Source of the DNA: an uncultured Hormoscilla sp.
Lineage (GTDB): Bacteria; Cyanobacteriota; Cyanobacteriia; Cyanobacteriales; Desertifilaceae
Assembly: GCA_963921275.4 (NCBI GenBank)
Contig: OZ001293.3
Span: forward strand, 3,488,001 to 3,552,000
DNA length: 64,000 nucleotides
Direction of reading: 5' to 3'
Shown: in pieces, positions 54,212-64,000 of the stretch
Position numbering within the stretch: the stretch's first letter is position 1
Layout: each line of letters opens with the position of its first letter
The notes under the pieces: model-generated
What the model was told of the DNA's origin: nothing
The model's input: the letters and a program-made list of their open reading frames with translations, nothing else
Database searches by the model: none
Program-made: the position numbers and the translations under genes

Positions 54212-55330
54212 ATGTCACAGTTTCCTGTCCGAGTTGGCATTACTTTGGGCACTCGTCCTGAAGCGATTAAACTTGCTCCGGTGATTCGACTGTTCCGTCA
54301 GTCTCCTGCTTTTGATACCCGGGTGATTTTGACGGGTCAGCATCAAGAAATGGTCGCGCAAGTGATGCAATTATTCGGTATCAGCGCTGATGAAGATCTG
54401 GAGATTATGCGGCGTATGCAATCTCTGACTGATATTACTTGTCGGAGTTTGCAGGGGTTGGATTCTATTTTTAATAAACTAGAGCTACAGATGATTTTGG
54501 TGCAGGGAGATACGACGACGGCTTTTGCGGCGGCCCTGGCGGCTTTCTATCATCAAATTCCTGTGGGACATGTGGAAGCTGGTTTGCGCACGGACGATCT
54601 GTTTAATCCTTTTCCAGAGGAGGCTAACCGGCGGCTGATTTCTCAGGTGAGTCAGTTGCATTTTGCTCCTACTGCTACTGCTGTGGCCCATTTACGCAGT
54701 TCTGGGGTGCTGGGGGAAATTCATCAAACTGGCAATACGGTAATTGATGCTTTGCTGATGGTGGCCGGAGATCGGCCAGAATGCAAGATTCCTGGTTTAG
54801 ATTGGAGTCGGCTTCGGGTATTGTTGGCTACTGTTCACCGGCGGGAAAATTGGGGTACGCCTCTGGAGCATATTGCTAAGGGTTTTCTGCAAGTTTTGGA
54901 CCGCTTTCGGGATACGGCTTTATTGTTACCTCTACACCTTAATCCTCGGGTCCGTTCTCCCCTACAGGTCCTTCTGTCCGGGCACGATCGGGTGTTTTTG
55001 ACTGAGCCTCTGGATTATGCTACCTTGGTGGGAGCGATTTCTCGCTGCTATCTGCTGTTGACTGATTCTGGCGGTTTGCAGGAGGAAGCTCCTAGTCTAG
55101 GTAAGCCTGTCCTCGTTTTGCGCAAGACTACGGAAAGACCTGAGGCGATCGCCGCTGGGACGGCTTCCTTGGTTGGTACTAACTCTACAGATATTTTTAC
55201 CGCAGCGGCTGAGTTATTGGGCGATCGGGTTGCTTACGAGCAAATGGCCACGGCGATCAATCCTTTTGGTGACGGTCATGCGGCCGAAAGGATATTACAA
55301 ATTGTCGAGAATTATTTGATCAATTCGTAG
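54212..55330 (+). CDS. wecB: UDP-N-acetylglucosamine 2-epimerase (non-hydrolysing)
   Basis: GTRPEAIKLAP, TGQH, VQGDT, HVEAGLR, PEEANR, HRREN, TDSGGLQEEA. Confidence 0.96.
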   Translation: MSQFPVRVGITLGTRPEAIKLAPVIRLFRQSPAFDTRVILTGQHQEMVAQVMQLFGISADEDLEIMRRMQSLTDITCRSLQGLDSIFNKLELQMILVQGDTTTAFAAALAAFYHQIPVGHVEAGLRTDDLFNPFPEEANRRLISQVSQLHFAPTATAVAHLRSSGVLGEIHQTGNTVIDALLMVAGDRPECKIPGLDWSRLRVLLATVHRRENWGTPLEHIAKGFLQVLDRFRDTALLLPLHLNPRVRSPLQVLLSGHDRVFLTEPLDYATLVGAISRCYLLLTDSGGLQEEAPSLGKPVLVLRKTTERPEAIAAGTASLVGTNSTDIFTAAAELLGDRVAYEQMATAINPFGDGHAAERILQIVENYLINS

Positions 55331-56049
55331 TACCTGGGTTCGTAGTAAACGCTAAAGCGTTTACCTGCCAGAGTCCCTCCGTACTGGCATGGGAAGCGAT
55401 CGCCCAAGCATCCGAATGTTAGCTTGCTGGCCCATGCACAGCAGCTCAGAAACCCGGTTTTTCCAAAAACAAACCGAGGGCGTTGCACATCTTGAGGAAT
55501 GATTGTTGCAGCGAAGCTAATTCTTTCTTCAAAATTTTTTCTTCAAAATTCCGAATTGCTAATCACAGATATTTAGCTAGATATAGATATTTATCGCCAG
55601 AACCGATGCAGGTCACTCGGCATAGTACGTGGTCACTGGTCATTTATTATCCCGCCCTTGTACAACGCCCAGAAAATATACTATCGGGCAATGATCGTCT
55701 CAATGTCGCACGTGGATGGTTGTTTTTTTGCTGGCTCCGCGTTTTGCTGGCTTTGCCAATTGTTGACATACATAAATCCTACATTCTACACTACAATCGT
55801 AATACCCTAAATAATACATTGGTCTTCTCAACTCTTACACTATCACAAATATGGGCAAATATCGCAACACAAACTCCCTTAAAATACCCAAAAAATTATA
55901 CCAATCAACAACAACAAACCTACTTCATATAAAATCACTAAAATTTCCCTTTTATTGCTCACAAGAGAGCTACTCAGAGGTAAATACCCCTCAGTTATAC
56001 TCATCACTTGAGCCTGTGTTTTCACATAATTTACGCCAGTAAATAGTAA

Positions 56050-56670
56050 CGCTGACATGCTGGGGGAAAGAATTTCACGCGCGTGTGCAAACGCTCCTTA
56101 TTAATATTGGAAATCTGTTTAATACCGCGATCGACATAGATATGGCTTGAGATTTGTAGTTATGTTTGGGGAGAACGAGAGATTGTTAAAGTTGATAATG
56201 ACAGGGATCGACAAACTTCGGAATGGTGCATTGAACATTTTGACTAAGGAATTTATTGTTTTACATTACTCAAGTGGTAATAGTAAAATACTGTCAAATT
56301 TGTTGAAGAGCTTTCATTGTCGTCATCCGCATCAACAAATTATATTAATTTGGGATGGTGCTTCTTACCGAAGAAATGAAAAATATTTTAGCCAAATATA
56401 ATGATGGATTACCTAAAGAGGAATGGTTAATTACTTGTGAATTATTTGCCTTATGGACCAGCTGTGTCCCTTGCAAGGGACACAGGAAGAAAAGCCCGTC
56501 GAAGGAATAAGGTTACAAGTAAAAAATTTCATTCGACATTTTTATTACAAGTGTAAAAATTTCAAAATTGTCAAACACTTGTTTCAGTTTTTCTTTGAGC
56601 TAAAACTATTCAATTCTCCTAATTTGGAAAAATATGATGCGTTTGCACAACTCATGAACGACTCGCTATA
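56050..56670 (+). mobile_element. IS630-family remnant
   Basis: GALN, LIWDGASY, EEKPVE..RLQVKNFIR fragments; end resembles the GACTCGCTATA at 61129-61139. Confidence 0.65.
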
Positions 56671-56699
56671 TACAACATTATATACAACATTTTTTCCGA

Positions 56700-56975
56700 A
56701 GTAAACGCCTCAACATCGAGCACGTTCGTTGCTAAAATAAACCTACCTGCTTATTTTTTTAACGGTGACTTCGGGACAAAGACTAACAGTTGCTTGAATT
56801 TTATAGTAGCAAGAGTCCGAACCATTCTCATTTTTTCTGAAAATAGCTTCAGTATTTATTGAGGCAAATTTATGATATGATATTTTTACTTTTTTAATAG
56901 CTGATTAGCTGCTTTAATAGCATCCGATTTACAAGCAAAGTCCTGATTGCTTAAATCTTTCAATTTCTTTTTGAT
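56700..56975 (-). mobile_element. IS1634-family internal transposase fragment
   Basis: Minus strand reads KKLKDLSNQDFACKSDAIKAANQL. Confidence 0.55.
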
Positions 56976-57816
56976 AACACCCTAACAGGACAGTGGGAAG
57001 TTCTTTCGATGTATGCCATTAGAAATACGAAGAAGGGAACAGAGGTGGGACAAAAAACACTCCCGCAGGCTTGGCCACAGGAATGTTATATACTGGTAGA
57101 GTTATGGAGACTCAACCAGTAGAAATCAATTATGGGCATTCTAGATCTCGTAGAGGAAATATTGAGCGCGCTCCGTTCGCGCAGCGTGGCGCAGCCATAA
57201 GCGTATTTAGTCTGGCTTAGGCTAACGCGCATAGCTACGCGATAGTCGCACTACCCCAGAGATATCGGTGACTCCTTATCTGAACGGGGTGAAGCGAATA
57301 CTACTACCATCAAGCATTGCACTGGTTTCATTCCCATCGATCTCTGCTCCTTGCTCTTGTCCCAAGGGACATGGCTGCGCCCCCAGCGTAGCGCCATCGG
57401 CACACAGGAGACATCGGAGCGTGGTTAAGCTATCACAGACTTGGGCTCAATACTTGATCAAACACCCCAATTTACATCGACTACTCTGAAAAGCAGCGAA
57501 TGGGGATTCAAAAATAGCGGTAGCGTGTTGCCTGTCCTGAGACTAAGGGGAAATCTCAAGGCAGACATAGCTCTTTTTATGTTGGTCAGCATCTCCAGGC
57601 TAAAACGGAGAGCAATTGTGCCCAAAAACTGTGAAGGAACTTTGGCAAATTAACCGCCGTTTCATCAAGCATTATAAAAAAGGACAACGTGCCATAGAGC
57701 TTGCCCTATCTACGTTCTAACCCGCCTTGTCCCCCGATCAGGATTAAATCACACCCGAGCTACCAGAATCTTCTTGCCTACGAGGCTATAGCATCCTAAT
57801 TTTGTCCGGAGTATTG

Positions 57817-59355
57817 CTAGGAAAACTTAGTAAGTAGTCCCAGGAATTTTTTAGTGTTAGGAGTCAGGAGAGTTCGCCTGTAAGCATCAGCAGCTTTCTT
57901 GATACCCTCCGCCTGAGTGGGATAGGGATGAATAACACTAGAAAGCTTGCTCAAACCCACTTTATTGACAATTGCTGTGCTAACTTCACTAATCATCTCT
58001 CCGGCATGGCGTGCTACTATTGTCGCACCCAGAATTTGGTCAGAACCCTGTTTGTGATGGATCTTGACAAATCCTTCTTCTTCACCATCCGCGATCGCCC
58101 TGTCCACGCTACTCATGAGAATCTTAATCGTATCGATCTCAATCCCCTGTGTGTGGGCCTCATGCTCGTACAGTCCCACATGGGCTATTTCTGGGTCAGT
58201 ATAAGTCACCCAAGGCATCACCAGACTGCTGAGTTTGTAGCGTCCGAAACCAAAGGGAGAAAACAGGGTATTCTTGATCACAATCCGGGCCGCAGCGTCA
58301 GCGGCATGGGTGAACTGCCACTTCATGCAGATATCCCCAGCGGCATAAATCTGGGGATTTGCGGTCTGGAGATGATCGTTGACCTTTACCCCCCTTTTAT
58401 CGTACTCCACGCCGACTGCTTCCAAGTTCAGTCCTTCCACGTTGGGAGCCCGACCTGCACCTACGAGAATATCATCAACTACAATTGAATCTTCCCTACC
58501 ATTTTCAGTAAAGTAGATTACCTTGCCTTCACTGGTTCTCTCTACCCGATGCAGCTTGCTGTTGAGTACGAGGCGAATTCCTTCCCGAATAAATTGCTGC
58601 TGGATAATTTCCGCTGCATCGGCATCTTCTTTATTCAAGATATGTCCGCCACGATGGAAAAGCACTACCTCAGATCCTAAGCGATGGAAGGCTTGCGCCA
58701 ACTCGCAGCCGATCGGTCCCCCGCCAATTACCGCCAGGCGATCGGGGCGTTCCGTCAGGTTAAAAACCGTCTCGTTAGTGAGAAAACCCGCCTCTTGGAT
58801 TCCCTCAACCGGGGGGCGCACTGCCCTAGCACCCGTGGCAATCACTGCTTTTTTATACTTGAGTGTTTTACCCGCAACTTCAATCGAGTTATTACCGACA
58901 AAACTCCCCTTTCCTAGAAAGACATCGATCCCCAGGTTACTGAAGCGTTCAACTGAATCGTGATGGCTAATCCCAGCCCGCAGTTTCCGCATCCGCTGCA
59001 TTACTGCTAGAAAATCTACTTCAATCTTTTCTGGCCGACGGATGCCAAAAAGTTCCGCATCCTGCATATCGGCGACTACGCGAGAGGAACGGATGAGGCA
59101 TTTGGAGGGGACGCAACCCACATTTAAGCAATCTCCCCCCATGAGATGTTTCTCAATCAAGGCAACTTTCAAACCCACATCTAATCCTGCTGCACCTGCG
59201 GCAACCACTAACCCGGCTGTGCCAGCACCAATCACTACTAAATCGTACAAATCAGCAGGGGTGGGATTAACCCAATCTGGTGGATGAACATAACCAACCA
59301 ATTGCTGGTTATATTCATCCATGGGCGGGACTGTAACTATTTGCTCATTTGTCAT
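57817..59355 (-). CDS. MerA-like FAD-dependent pyridine nucleotide-disulfide oxidoreductase
   Basis: GAGTAG, GGDCLNVGCVPSK redox pair, GGGPIG, HPYPT..E; no C-terminal CC. Confidence 0.9.
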   Translation of the reverse strand: MTNEQIVTVPPMDEYNQQLVGYVHPPDWVNPTPADLYDLVVIGAGTAGLVVAAGAAGLDVGLKVALIEKHLMGGDCLNVGCVPSKCLIRSSRVVADMQDAELFGIRRPEKIEVDFLAVMQRMRKLRAGISHHDSVERFSNLGIDVFLGKGSFVGNNSIEVAGKTLKYKKAVIATGARAVRPPVEGIQEAGFLTNETVFNLTERPDRLAVIGGGPIGCELAQAFHRLGSEVVLFHRGGHILNKEDADAAEIIQQQFIREGIRLVLNSKLHRVERTSEGKVIYFTENGREDSIVVDDILVGAGRAPNVEGLNLEAVGVEYDKRGVKVNDHLQTANPQIYAAGDICMKWQFTHAADAAARIVIKNTLFSPFGFGRYKLSSLVMPWVTYTDPEIAHVGLYEHEAHTQGIEIDTIKILMSSVDRAIADGEEEGFVKIHHKQGSDQILGATIVARHAGEMISEVSTAIVNKVGLSKLSSVIHPYPTQAEGIKKAADAYRRTLLTPNTKKFLGLLTKFS

Positions 59356-59371
59356 TGCTTAAAACCCTAAA

Positions 59372-60118
59372 TTAAGATACTTTCTTTTCCAAAGCTTGGC
59401 GGGCGATCCGAGTCACGTAGACAGTGACAGCAACGGTGGCGATAAAACCAATAATCCGAATTGCCCATTGCACGGCGGGATTGGTGGGTTGTTCCCCAGT
59501 CCCGATCGTGGCCAGATCTTCCGCCAATGAACCAATATAAACGTACATGATCGTTCCTGGAAGCATGCCAATGGAGCCGAGGACATAGTCTTTCAGCCCC
59601 ACCCCCGTTACACCATAGGCGTAGTTTAATAGGTTGAAGGGAAACACTGGAGACAGTCTTGTGAGCAGGACGATTTTGAATCCCTCTCGGCCTACTGCTT
59701 CATCAATGGCTTTGAACTTTTCCTTCCCGGCAATTTTCTGGACCACCCGGTCCCGCGCTAGATAACGTCCAACTAGGAAGGCCGCGGTGGCGCCAATGGT
59801 TGCCCCGATGAACACGTAGATTGAACCGAAAACCACGCCAAACACGACGCCAGCACCGAGGGTGAGAATTGACCCTGGTAAGAAGGCGACGGTGGCGATG
59901 ATGTAGATGACAATAAAGGAGATCGCCCCCACCGGTCCCAAGCCTTCAATCCATTCTAAGGCGCTGCGCAACCATGCTTGGGAATTAAATCCACCACTGG
60001 TGGCGGCCTCCTGAGCTAAGGCTGCGGCCGTTGCTACCAACAGCCCGATCGCCACTATTGGCAGTATTTGCTGCCACTTTCTCCCACGACTTTTCCTTGT
60101 TTGAATCATATCACTCAC
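59372..60118 (-). CDS. TVP38/TMEM64 (DedA superfamily) membrane protein
   Basis: LPGSILTLGAG, GATIGA..AF..GR, LTRLSPVFPFNLLNY. Confidence 0.9.
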   Translation of the reverse strand: MSDMIQTRKSRGRKWQQILPIVAIGLLVATAAALAQEAATSGGFNSQAWLRSALEWIEGLGPVGAISFIVIYIIATVAFLPGSILTLGAGVVFGVVFGSIYVFIGATIGATAAFLVGRYLARDRVVQKIAGKEKFKAIDEAVGREGFKIVLLTRLSPVFPFNLLNYAYGVTGVGLKDYVLGSIGMLPGTIMYVYIGSLAEDLATIGTGEQPTNPAVQWAIRIIGFIATVAVTVYVTRIARQALEKKVS

Positions 60119-60537
60119 TTTCTACTTGACTACTGGCTTGCTACCTATGTATAATCTAAGATGCCAATGCTCTTCTTATATCGAGATAGTCACAACCAGT
60201 ATCTTCATCTTTTCGGTAGCTAAGATGAGGATCTGCTGAGAACAAAATAAGAAGCTCTTATTTCCCCTTGCGTTTTCTACCGTACCGATAACAGAACGGC
60301 GTTGCACAATAACGGGATGATGAGCATCGTTGCAGAAGTTTTAAACCTAGACTACAAGACATTCGATGTGCTCGGGGCGCCCATGGCTGCGCCACGCTAC
60401 GGGATAGTCGCACGCTCTTCGGACACATCAAAGAATCAGTTGCTTGCCACAAGGTATTACAGTTAATACAAACCTGATTTATACGGCTTGGGACTTCGAT
60501 AATGTAAGTTACGCTTTGCGGTAGCTTACTGTTACTA

Positions 60538-60736
60538 GAGCGTCGGTCCATTAATAATACTTGACAAATTTAAACTACTGTGTATGTCCGAAAAATAAGT
60601 ATATTCTCGTAAAAATATCTGGCCTTCACTCCCTCTGGACATCATGATTTTATCCAAAATCTGTTCTACTGAACGGGCGAGCGGGCATATACACATTTTC
60701 TTTTTTTTGTCAACCCCCTCTACTGGACCGACGCTC
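60538..60736. mobile_element. MITE copy B
   Basis: Perfect 13-bp IR GAGCGTCGGTCCA / TGGACCGACGCTC in CTA|...|TAG context. Confidence 0.75.
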
Positions 60737-60799
60737 TAGCTTTCCATATAGTTTGACTGTAGAACTGATAAAGGTAGAGGTATCATCTTCGAGAGTTCT

Positions 60800-60880
60800 G
60801 TGCGATTCGTTTAGTGTAAACCACCGATGAAAACCAAGTGGGGACCACTAGCTAGGTTTCATTAGCCTAGACAACTTACA
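60800..60880 (+). mobile_element. 5' fragment of a sixth group II intron
   Basis: GTGCGATTCGTTTAGTGTAAAC...GGTTTCATTAGCC resembles the 5' ends of introns 2/3/5; no DV seen downstream. Confidence 0.6.
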
Positions 60881-60990
60881 GATATTGTCTGCTCGGAGTG
60901 CTGTTGTAATCGGTGGAATGAATGCGCCAAACTATGGGCACAGCTTCCAAAGCATCAACAGAGCCTATCGCGCAGCGTGGCCCAGCCATA

Positions 60991-62045
60991 TATAGCATTT
61001 CTCAGAGTTATGAGGTACAATATAGTAAGCCTTTCAGGAGTCGGGCAGCGATTTTTGCTCAAACAATTACCCTGCAAGGGTTTGAGCCGCAGGTGCTCGG
61101 GAGAGCGATATTTGCACAAATGATGCCCGACTCGCTATAATAAAAGTAAGTTCAAAAAGGAGTGTTAGGAAAGCGATGAAACCATATTCAATAGACTTTA
61201 GACAAAAACTAATAGAAGTTTACGAACAGGAAAAGACATCTATTCGTAAATTAGCTCAAGGTTTTCGGCCAAGAGTTTTATTCAAAACTTGATTAAGCAA
61301 TATAAAGAAACAGGCGATATTAGACCCAAACGTCGGTAGTCCACCGACTAAGTTGAATAGTGAGCAATTAGTTAGTTTAGTAGAAATTATGGAGACTAAT
61401 AATGATGCAAGGCTTGAAGAGTTATGTGAATTGCTTTATGAAAAAACGTGGGCGACAATGGGAAGAATTACTCAAAAATTAAACTACCAAAAAAAAACTT
61501 TGCACAGAAAAAGAACGATGTACTTGAAAAAAGAGTAAAATATTGGGAAAACAGACAAAATATTGGGAAAACAGACATTAACCCTAAAGACTTATTATTT
61601 GTGGATGAATGTAAATTTAGCACTGGATGTATGATAGAAGTTTAAAAGGAGAAAGGGTCAGAGGGAGTAAACCTCAAAAAAGAGGAAAAAATGTTTCATT
61701 TATTGGTGCTTTGTCATTAGAAAAAGTAGTAGCTATAAGATAATTTTACGGCGATAACTTTTGAAGCTTTTATAATAATAGATTTAGTACCGCAGGAAAA
61801 ATGCTTGTGTAGTCATGGATAATGCTAAAATTCATCAAGGTAAAATGCTTCGAGAAGCTATTGAAAAAGTAGGCAATTTATTTATCTCCTTATTCTCCTT
61901 TTCTCCAATTGAAAACTTTTGGTCTAAAGTTAAAGATTTTTTAAATAAAATTAAAGCAAGAACCTATAAAGATTTAATCGAGGCAATTGCAGATGCTATT
62001 CTACAGGTAAGTCAGCAAGACATTCACAATTGGTTTGCTCACTGC
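60991..62045 (+). mobile_element. IS630-family remnant
   Basis: MKPYSIDFRQK, FVDE, MDNAKIH, FSPIENFWSKVK, WFAHC in broken frames. Confidence 0.8.
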
Positions 62046-62781
62046 ATCGGTATTGGTATAGGTGAAATCTAAATCATCTCCGAAGCCGAGTAAATTCCCC
62101 TGGTGGATCTCCACGCCCCGTCGCCAACTACCGACGCTGGGAGTACGACCATTATTCGTAACCACGACAAAGTTAAAATTGTCAGCTTCAGTGACATCAA
62201 CCTCAAGAAAACTCAACTCCGGGCGCGGGCCAGCAGAGAGTTGGGCCGATATATTTTCAATCAAAGGGTTCAGCTGTAACAATTGCATCGCCTCCAACAA
62301 CCGGTTTTGATTCAGAGGTTGTTTCGCAGCGATGCCCAAGCGCGATCAGACATAACTAGGATGAATTCGTCCCGTCACCCGCACATCAATATCTGCGACT
62401 CCCCCCTCAACGATCTGGATTGTAATTATCGACTCAGAGGGAGAGAAACTTTGGTCAGCGGGGATTGTCGCCCCAGAATTAACATAGCCTGCATCATTAT
62501 AGAGCTTGGTAACCACAGATTCCACTTCCAGCAGTTCCGCGAATGTCAGAGGTCTACCGGTGTAATCTTGAGTTAATTCCGCCAACTCGGCATCGCTAAA
62601 AGCTGTATTACCCTGAAAGACAAACTCTTTGACAACGATCCTGTCAGGAATGGGTGCAGGGGCGCTAGTCTGGGTCGAAGGAGCTTCCTGTGCTATCACC
62701 AAAGGAGTAGTCCCTATTACCATTAAAATCACTGGTGCTATCAGCCAGTTCCGATAATATTTTAACAACACTTTCGCTCAC
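62046..62781 (-). pseudogene. ShlB/FhaC/HecB (POTRA) outer-membrane transporter, truncated
   Basis: GNTAFSDAEL, TKLY..AGYVNSGA, IVEG; in-frame TGA at 62346; cut by IS630 after GFGDDLDFTYTNT. Confidence 0.85.
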
Positions 62782-62868
62782 ATGCTCTCATAATGTTGTA
62801 ACATTATCGCACCCTATGAACCCATTCTAAGCCCTTTCTCCTGCAAAAGTAAGGGTTTAACCCTCACC

Positions 62869-63855
62869 CTACAGCAAAGCCCCACCACAGCTAGAACCCG
62901 AACCCGCAGTGCAACCATAGCAATAGTTAGCCGTTTGCACTTGCTCGATCGCCTGCAAACTCCCCGCCGCCAACAAAGAGGCCACTGTCAGCTTTTCGCC
63001 ATCAGCAGTTACAGCTGGCAAACCCGACATCTGATTAAAATCGCAGTCGTAGACATTGCCCAGATAGTCGATCGAGAGTTGATTGCGGCACATCAAGTTC
63101 TCCACTGTGGATCGATTAAAGTTATCTGCCAAGAAATGCAGATAAGGTTCGTGCAGTTGGCGCCGTTGTAGATGTAACTTCGTCCGCCCGAGCGGGATAT
63201 TAGTAATCGTCAGCAATTGGTTAAAGCCAATATCAAAATGTTCTTGCAGATAAGCTTTATAATCCCGTTCCAACTGACGCTGTGCGGGAGGGAGAGAGAA
63301 ATTTATGTCAGTCGGTATTTTCGGATTATACACCATATCCAGGACTAGCTGCGGGTCTCGACCATAGCCCAAGCTATTCAACCATTGTAGCGCCCGAATC
63401 GAATCATGATAAACCCCAGAGCCGCGCATTTTATCCACATTATCTTCCAGATAGCAAGGCAGAGAAGCCACCACCCGCAGCTGATGTTGAGCGAAATATG
63501 CAGGTAAATCTTCAAACCCCTTGACAAAGAAAATAGTCAGATTAGAACGGACGATCGTCTCCTTTCCAGCGCTGCGGGCCGCTTCCACCAAGGGCTTAAA
63601 ACCATAATTCATTTCCGGTGCCCCCCCAGTCAAGTCAACAGTTTGAATTTGCGTAAATTCTTGAATCAGTTCAATCAATTGGCGACAAACCTCTGGAGAA
63701 AGTTCTTCAGTCCGTTTCGGCCCAGCTTCCACATGGCAATGGCTACAGGCCAGATTACAACGTTTCCCCAAATTAATTTGCAGAACGGCGATCGGCTTTT
63801 TCTTTAAGGGTGAACCCAGCCGCCTTGAGAAATTCGTTAATGCTGTCTGCATCAT
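62869..63855 (-). CDS. arsS: Arsenosugar biosynthesis radical SAM protein
   Basis: LQINLGKRCNLACSHCHV (CxxxCxxC), DLTGGAPEMN, ASLPCY, YDCDFNQM, CYGCTAG.GSSCGG. Confidence 0.9.
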   Translation of the reverse strand: MMQTALTNFSRRLGSPLKKKPIAVLQINLGKRCNLACSHCHVEAGPKRTEELSPEVCRQLIELIQEFTQIQTVDLTGGAPEMNYGFKPLVEAARSAGKETIVRSNLTIFFVKGFEDLPAYFAQHQLRVVASLPCYLEDNVDKMRGSGVYHDSIRALQWLNSLGYGRDPQLVLDMVYNPKIPTDINFSLPPAQRQLERDYKAYLQEHFDIGFNQLLTITNIPLGRTKLHLQRRQLHEPYLHFLADNFNRSTVENLMCRNQLSIDYLGNVYDCDFNQMSGLPAVTADGEKLTVASLLAAGSLQAIEQVQTANYCYGCTAGSGSSCGGALL

Positions 63856-64000
63856 CTTTAATCTTCACTTCTAAATCTGCTGCTCTGACATCATAGCATA
63901 GCCAAATCATAAACTCAACTTAATCTAATCTGAGATTCAGCTGATAAATAGCTGAAATAACCCTGCCTAAAGGGTAGGGCTACAGAAACAAAGCCCGCCG

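Noticed and set aside
55483..56042. 149-aa and 63-aa ORFs as genes
   Set aside because: AT-rich stretch beside IS remnants with no motif I can assign; likely degraded transposase DNA
57817..59355. True mercuric reductase merA
   Set aside because: No C-terminal Cys-Cys, no N-terminal HMA domain and no mer operon genes

Overview
Cyanobacterial chromosome segment (abundant HIP1 GCGATCGC sites, psaAB/psaL/psaI, KaiB-domain protein) showing heavy decay. Intact housekeeping genes (ppa, cyaB-type adenylate cyclase, recN, ABC1 kinase, gltX, alr, PSI genes, wecB, arsS, tRNA-Asp, tRNA-Ser) lie among many pseudogenes and IS remnants (IS1634, IS5, IS1, IS630, ISAzo13, several MITEs). The main structure invisible to the ORF track is a set of five ORF-less group II introns (871-936 nt) plus one 5' fragment. 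Removing each intron rejoins the host reading frame exactly. Their EBS1/EBS2 loops (and a putative EBS3) differ between copies and pair with each copy's own target exon, and all five end in ...CC rather than the textbook AY. Three introns sit in one hybrid histidine kinase (one antisense). One interrupts an otherwise intact NlpC/P60 peptidase between catalytic residues. A second hidden layer is two families of very small elements, a ~44-bp hairpin and a ~21-24-nt GC-rich unit. These occur inside open reading frames, IS elements, the introns and each other. All alignments and counts were done by eye; no database searches were run.
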